From IMG/VR virus record IMGVR_UViG_3300024269_000036, positions 62,001 through 121,743 of that record: 59,743 bases of DNA; one strand, written 5' to 3'. Position numbers and translations under genes: made by a program. Positions 55,464 through 59,743 of the stretch are shown here, one piece after another (position 1 is the first letter of the stretch; each line of letters opens with the position of its first letter). The DNA comes from an uncultured virus (IMG/VR IMGVR_UViG_3300024269_000036). Taxonomy: Duplodnaviria > Heunggongvirae > Uroviricota > Caudoviricetes. The notes under the pieces are model-generated. The model saw nothing but the letters and a program-made list of their open reading frames with translations. It searched no databases and had not been told where the DNA came from.

Positions 55464-56284
55464 AGACATTGGTTTGCGGAATCGCAAAACTTGAAAATGA
55501 TTATATCAGGGAATGGGTGGGACACTATAAGAAAATAGGATTCACCAATGTAGTGTTATACGATAACAATGATGTTGATGGCGAACGTTTTGAAGATGTG
55601 ATTGGTGATTACATTGAAGAAGGTTATGTCATTGTCGAGGACTGTCGTGGCAAGACATGCTACCAATGGCCCGCTTATATTAATTGTTATAACAAATACA
55701 ATGCGGAATATGATTGGCTTGCATTTTTTGACATTGATGAATTCCTTGAACTGAAAAAGGTTGATAATGTAAGTGAGTATCTACAGCAGGAGAAGTTCAA
55801 TGGTTTCCAATGCATTTATGTAAATTGGAAAATCTATACCGATAGCGGAAAGATTCGCTATGAGAAGAAGCCTGTACAGGAAAGATTTACCAAGACCATG
55901 CCTTATAAGAAAGAGATTAAATATCCTTTTCCGGAGAATAACCATCATAAGTCATTTGTAAGAGGACGTGGCTGTTTTGAAACCCTCGTATTTGAACGAC
56001 GTTATGGAAGTCATACTCCGTCAAATGCAACAAAATGTTGCAACAGTGTTGGAAATGAAGTGCCGATGGAGTTCCATACTCCTTATATATATGATGAGGC
56101 GATATTGAAACACTATCAGACGAAGTCCCTTGAAGAATGGGTTACCAAGAAACAGGTCAGGAGATATCCTGATTCGCCACCTGAATTGAATATCTATCAT
56201 CCTCATTTGTCGCTGCAGATGTTTTTTGCCATTAATGAGATGACGAAAGATAAGATGAAATATCTGAAGAGTTTGGGTAGGTAG
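55445..56284 (+). CDS. Glycosyltransferase, GT-A fold (family 2/92-like)
   Basis: ENDYIREWVGHY..IGF....LYDNN; WLAFFDIDEF; HYQTKSLEEW. Confidence 0.85.
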   Translation: METTGIKTLVCGIAKLENDYIREWVGHYKKIGFTNVVLYDNNDVDGERFEDVIGDYIEEGYVIVEDCRGKTCYQWPAYINCYNKYNAEYDWLAFFDIDEFLELKKVDNVSEYLQQEKFNGFQCIYVNWKIYTDSGKIRYEKKPVQERFTKTMPYKKEIKYPFPENNHHKSFVRGRGCFETLVFERRYGSHTPSNATKCCNSVGNEVPMEFHTPYIYDEAILKHYQTKSLEEWVTKKQVRRYPDSPPELNIYHPHLSLQMFFAINEMTKDKMKYLKSLGR

Positions 56285-56286
56285 TT

Positions 56287-56301
56287 TGGCACGGTATTTG
56301 C
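56287..56301 (+). promoter_or_regulatory. Sigma54 -24/-12 motif, exact consensus
   Basis: TGGCACG-GTAT-TTGC(A), 41 bp upstream of ATG 56328. Confidence 0.75.
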
Positions 56302-56327
56302 AGTAAATTAAGGAAAATACAAAATTT

Positions 56328-57326
56328 ATGGTTGATAGAAATTTAATATCATTTAGAAGAAGGTTTGTTAAGGATTATAATCTTCCCATTAATGTGGTTG
56401 ACAGTCCCTTTTTTGAATATTATATGGAAACATATGATTGGTTTCCAAAGAAGGAATATAACGAATTGCTTGCGGATATTGATAATCGTTTCCAAGGAAA
56501 CCTGAATTTGTGGCTTGAAGAATATGCTGCAATCAGGGATGATATAATCACGACATTGGAGAATCTTGATGCATATAAGGATTTCAATTCTCGTGATATG
56601 AAAGAATGGGAGGTTCCTAAGGAAATGAGGTCATTCCCTGACATGAACATTTATAATCAGTCGTCAGTTGGCAAGACATTTATTTCGATTGACCTTAAGA
56701 AGGCAAATTTTCAAGCCCTGAGATTTGTTAATCCTGATATTGTACTTGAGGCTGAAACTTATGAGGAGTTCATTGATAAGTTTATTGGTTATGAATCTGA
56801 ATATTTCAGAACCTCGAAGTATACAAGGCAGGTTATCTTCGGTAAGTTAAATCCAAAGAGAACCATTACTGTTGAGAAATTCATTATGTCAAAGATATAT
56901 GCTTTTCTTATGGAAGACATAATGAACATTACCAGTGAATATGACGCAAAGTTGGTTGCATTTAAGTCTGATGAATTGATATTTGAAGTCAATTCTGAAA
57001 ATCCTGCTGTAGGCACACAACCTCTTTTTGACTATTGGAAGGCCCGGATAAAAGAAAAGTTTGATATTGATGTTCATATAGACCTGTTTAAGGTGGGCAG
57101 GATTGAAACGAGAAATCACAATGACGTTATTGTGGATTGTTATATAAGAACAAATCTGCTTACGGGAGAAGAGACATTGAAATCATGTTCTCAGATTTTC
57201 TATCCTCAGTTCTATAAGATTTGGAAAGGAAGGGAAGAGGATATTAATAGTCATGACCTCGTATTTTTGGCTGAGGGGCAGTTGGCAACTTTTACTTATC
57301 CTCTGAACTTAGTTGGTATTTATTAG
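56328..57326 (+). CDS. Uncharacterised protein with polymerase palm-like acidic motifs
   Basis: FISIDLKKANF (motif A-like), SKYTRQVIFG, KSDELIF (motif C-like). Confidence 0.55.
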   Translation: MVDRNLISFRRRFVKDYNLPINVVDSPFFEYYMETYDWFPKKEYNELLADIDNRFQGNLNLWLEEYAAIRDDIITTLENLDAYKDFNSRDMKEWEVPKEMRSFPDMNIYNQSSVGKTFISIDLKKANFQALRFVNPDIVLEAETYEEFIDKFIGYESEYFRTSKYTRQVIFGKLNPKRTITVEKFIMSKIYAFLMEDIMNITSEYDAKLVAFKSDELIFEVNSENPAVGTQPLFDYWKARIKEKFDIDVHIDLFKVGRIETRNHNDVIVDCYIRTNLLTGEETLKSCSQIFYPQFYKIWKGREEDINSHDLVFLAEGQLATFTYPLNLVGIY

Positions 57327-57327
57327 T

Positions 57328-58299
57328 ATGTGTGACAATGTTATTAATATAAATATAAATGATTTGGGGAGTCTGGTTGAAAAGACTCTCCTGAAAGAAT
57401 CATATGGTATATCAGAATTAGTTTCATTGGAATCAGATTTATTTATTGATGACCTTAATGAGAGAATTGAAAATAGACTGTGTTCAGATAGAGGTTATTA
57501 TAACCCCGAAATTCCCGGTACGGTAAGAAGAATCGTTTGTCAATACAATAGATTATTTTTCAATGAATTCAGTATTAGGGTGGATTTGGATGTGTGTGTT
57601 GCAGATAATGAAGAAATATTGTTTTGGTATGCTAATAAAGCCAAATTAAAGGGGAATGATATACATTTTTCTCCCGACCCAAGAGTATTAACTTTTAAAA
57701 TTTTCGGCCTGTCAAAGACAGTTGAGAACTTTAGATTCAATAAATTTGGAAGTGACTTTGAAGGGTTGATTGAACATGAACTTAAGCATGCATATCAGAC
57801 GTATTTAAAACATGGAGCCTTTTCCATTTCTTCTTATGAAAGCGATAAAACAAATAATTTGCGAAATAGGCAACGACAAGGTAAGGCCTATGCGGAAGGT
57901 GTTGATGATAAAAAATTGAAAGAAATTTTTACCGTAATAAATCAGGTTGTCTATTATTCCTTTAAAACAGAACAGACCGCTTTTGAACAGGAAATATATC
58001 GAAATATCATTAACCATACAAATAGCAAAAATGAGGTTTATGAATATATAAAAACTCTTGATTTTTATCAAGATTTTGAAAAGATTAAAGTTTTGAAAAA
58101 AACTATTGAAGATAATGAAGAGATTGTTGGTGGTTATTTAGAAAATATATATGGTAAATCCTTGAAATGGTTTTATTCTGTTCTTGACTATACTGTGAAA
58201 AAAATGAGATATGTAATTAATCGCAGTATTTGGAATGCAATGGGTTTTTTTGGTTCGAGAATGAATGAAAGTCTTAATAAAAAAATTTTCTTATTATAA
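57328..58299 (+). CDS. Zincin-like HExxH protein, paralog family member 5
   Basis: INDLGSLVEKTLLKESYGIS; IEHELKHAYQ; YYSFKTEQTA; TATTTAT at 57317-57323. Confidence 0.75.
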   Translation: MCDNVINININDLGSLVEKTLLKESYGISELVSLESDLFIDDLNERIENRLCSDRGYYNPEIPGTVRRIVCQYNRLFFNEFSIRVDLDVCVADNEEILFWYANKAKLKGNDIHFSPDPRVLTFKIFGLSKTVENFRFNKFGSDFEGLIEHELKHAYQTYLKHGAFSISSYESDKTNNLRNRQRQGKAYAEGVDDKKLKEIFTVINQVVYYSFKTEQTAFEQEIYRNIINHTNSKNEVYEYIKTLDFYQDFEKIKVLKKTIEDNEEIVGGYLENIYGKSLKWFYSVLDYTVKKMRYVINRSIWNAMGFFGSRMNESLNKKIFLL

Positions 58300-58300
58300 T

Positions 58301-58780
58301 ATGAATAGAAATTATCTTGTATTTATTGCTGATGTTGGAACAAACTTGGATGAAAAATATGTATATTATTTCTATTTTTCAGAAACTCCTGAGGTTGTGT
58401 GGGGCGATTATTGGAATGTTTGCCCAGCATCAATTATTCCTGAGGTGAAGCCTGATTTGTCGGCAATATCCAAAATATATGAGTGCCATTTTGAAAAGCC
58501 TCTTAATCTTGTGACGAAAAATTCTTGTTTCTCCATGCAAGATTGTATTGACCAAATAATCGCACTTGGTTGGTTTGATATTGACAGTGGTATGGTGTTT
58601 GAAGATGAAAAACAGGTAACAAAGTTCAAGTTCGGTGAGGATTTTGAATATGTAGAGAGAAAAATATTGTCTTTCAACTACGAAATGAATCTTAATTATG
58701 AGAAAGTAGATGAAACTGATGATATGATTGATAACCTTATTGAAAAACTTGGAGGGGATTCGGATGGACTCGAATGGTAA
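58301..58780 (+). CDS. Conserved phage protein (paralog of next gene)
   Basis: FSETPEVVWG..W...P.S.....PD...CFSMQDCIDQIIALGW. Confidence 0.7.
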   Translation: MNRNYLVFIADVGTNLDEKYVYYFYFSETPEVVWGDYWNVCPASIIPEVKPDLSAISKIYECHFEKPLNLVTKNSCFSMQDCIDQIIALGWFDIDSGMVFEDEKQVTKFKFGEDFEYVERKILSFNYEMNLNYEKVDETDDMIDNLIEKLGGDSDGLEW

Positions 58781-59165
58781 TTTGAAATTGGTTTATGTTC
58801 GCCCTGTGGGAAAAAGTGATGGTGATATTTATGAATATGACCTTCTTTTCTCGGAGTTTCCTGATGAAGTGTGGGCTTTGTTTTGGGATGACCCGAATCC
58901 ATCGTCATGTGGCGACCTGACGCCCGATTCAGTCACTTATAGTGTCGTTAAACGAATTGGGATTAAATATGAATTGACAACATTGCAGAATACCAACTGT
59001 TTTTCAATGGAACATGCAATTCAAGGCGTTGTTGCATTATGTTGGGTTAATATTGAAACTCTTGAGGAATATCCGTCAACACGTTTTGTGTTGCAGTTCG
59101 GTTATGACATGTCGTTGGTGGAAAGTATGGTTGAGAAAAATAACGAAATCGTTCAATTTGTATAA
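58764..59165 (+). CDS. Conserved phage protein (paralog of previous gene)
   Basis: FSEFPDEVW..W..PNPS....PD...CFSMEHAIQGVVALCW. Confidence 0.7.
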   Translation: MDSNGNLKLVYVRPVGKSDGDIYEYDLLFSEFPDEVWALFWDDPNPSSCGDLTPDSVTYSVVKRIGIKYELTTLQNTNCFSMEHAIQGVVALCWVNIETLEEYPSTRFVLQFGYDMSLVESMVEKNNEIVQFV

Positions 59166-59170
59166 GATAT

Positions 59171-59626
59171 ATGGCAAAGAGTAGAATACCCATGAGATTC
59201 TTCACAATGAAAGGTGAGGAAGTTGATTATGATTATTTCAATAAATGTTTTTCAACGTTTGATAATCTTGCGGTAAAGGCAAACAATACAATACCCGGGG
59301 GAATCGAGCCTGAGTTCATAAAATTGTTGCTTCGAGAAGGAAAATATAAACAGGGTGGATGGATGGTAAAACCTGACGGCACGAAAATCAGACTGTATTA
59401 CCTCGCATGGCTTTTCCAACTCCTTCTTCAGCGTGATAACTCGGGATTCTATCTAAAAGGGGCTGATGGGAATTTTCTTTGGAAGCCAAAGGCATGGGAA
59501 TATTATCAGGCTTGGAAAACGGCTGTGCGTCAACGACAGGAATCTGAAGAAAATGAACGGTGGAGAAAATTCAAGGACAACGTGTCAAGATATGACCCTG
59601 ATATGAGGGATGACGATAATGAATAA
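59171..59626 (+). CDS. Hypothetical protein
   Basis: 151 aa ORF followed by terminator. Confidence 0.7.
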   Translation: MAKSRIPMRFFTMKGEEVDYDYFNKCFSTFDNLAVKANNTIPGGIEPEFIKLLLREGKYKQGGWMVKPDGTKIRLYYLAWLFQLLLQRDNSGFYLKGADGNFLWKPKAWEYYQAWKTAVRQRQESEENERWRKFKDNVSRYDPDMRDDDNE

Positions 59627-59630
59627 AAAT

Positions 59631-59666
59631 AAAACGGGACCTGCTGTGAAGCACATCCCGTTTTTT
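59631..59666 (+). terminator. Intrinsic terminator
   Basis: AAAACGGGA...TCCCGTTTTTT. Confidence 0.65.
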
Positions 59667-59743
59667 CGTGTAAGTATATAAGTAAGTAAATGTGTCTAAT
59701 AATCATGCCAATTTTCTGCTGAGACATATGTAACGGTAAACCA

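Noticed and set aside
59696..59710. 14th sigma54-like site (minus strand TGGCATG-ATTA-TTAG)
   Set aside because: -12 element is degenerate and there is no convincing downstream minus-strand gene
1..59743. Stop-codon reassignment (TAG to Gln) as in Lak or some crAss-like phages
   Set aside because: Large genes are intact under code 11, coding density is high, and TAG ends several genes right before the next start
1..59743. tRNA or rRNA genes
   Set aside because: No cloverleaf with a T-loop and acceptor stem recognised in the intergenic gaps by eye; tRNAscan-SE/ARAGORN would be needed to exclude them

Overview
AT-rich, gene-dense segment of a large tailed dsDNA phage (jumbo-phage-like) read with the standard code; host is very probably Bacteroidota (many TTTG-N19/20-TAnnTTTG promoters). 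Recognisable genes: T4-gp17-like terminase large subunit, sigma-70 factor and a second sigma-like protein, two tail fibres with C-terminal S74-type chaperones plus two related fibre/adhesin-like proteins, class A DnaJ, CCA-adding enzyme, HD-kinase, NUDIX, metallophosphoesterase, dUTPase, YopX, NADAR, nicotinamidase, glycosyltransferase, GH73-like lysin, PD-(D/E)xK nucleases and a degenerate-motif methyltransferase. Signals the ORF track misses: (1) 13 copies of a sigma54-type -24/-12 motif (TGGYAYR-N4-TTGY) 41-58 bp upstream of genes, including the phage sigma gene, alongside host-type promoters and a putative late TATTTAT motif, suggesting a three-tier programme with reusable promoter modules; (2) a 426-nt group I intron with exact P1/P10 pairings and a decayed homing-endonuclease remnant, interrupting a gene of unknown function; (3) five dispersed HExxH...YxxxxxExxA zincin-like paralogs with acidic leaders; (4) a gene bracketed by 55-bp promoter direct repeats; (5) a perfect 720-bp in-frame duplication in a tail fibre and a 77-bp identity shared by two fibres. 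All family calls are from motif recognition by eye; no searches were run.
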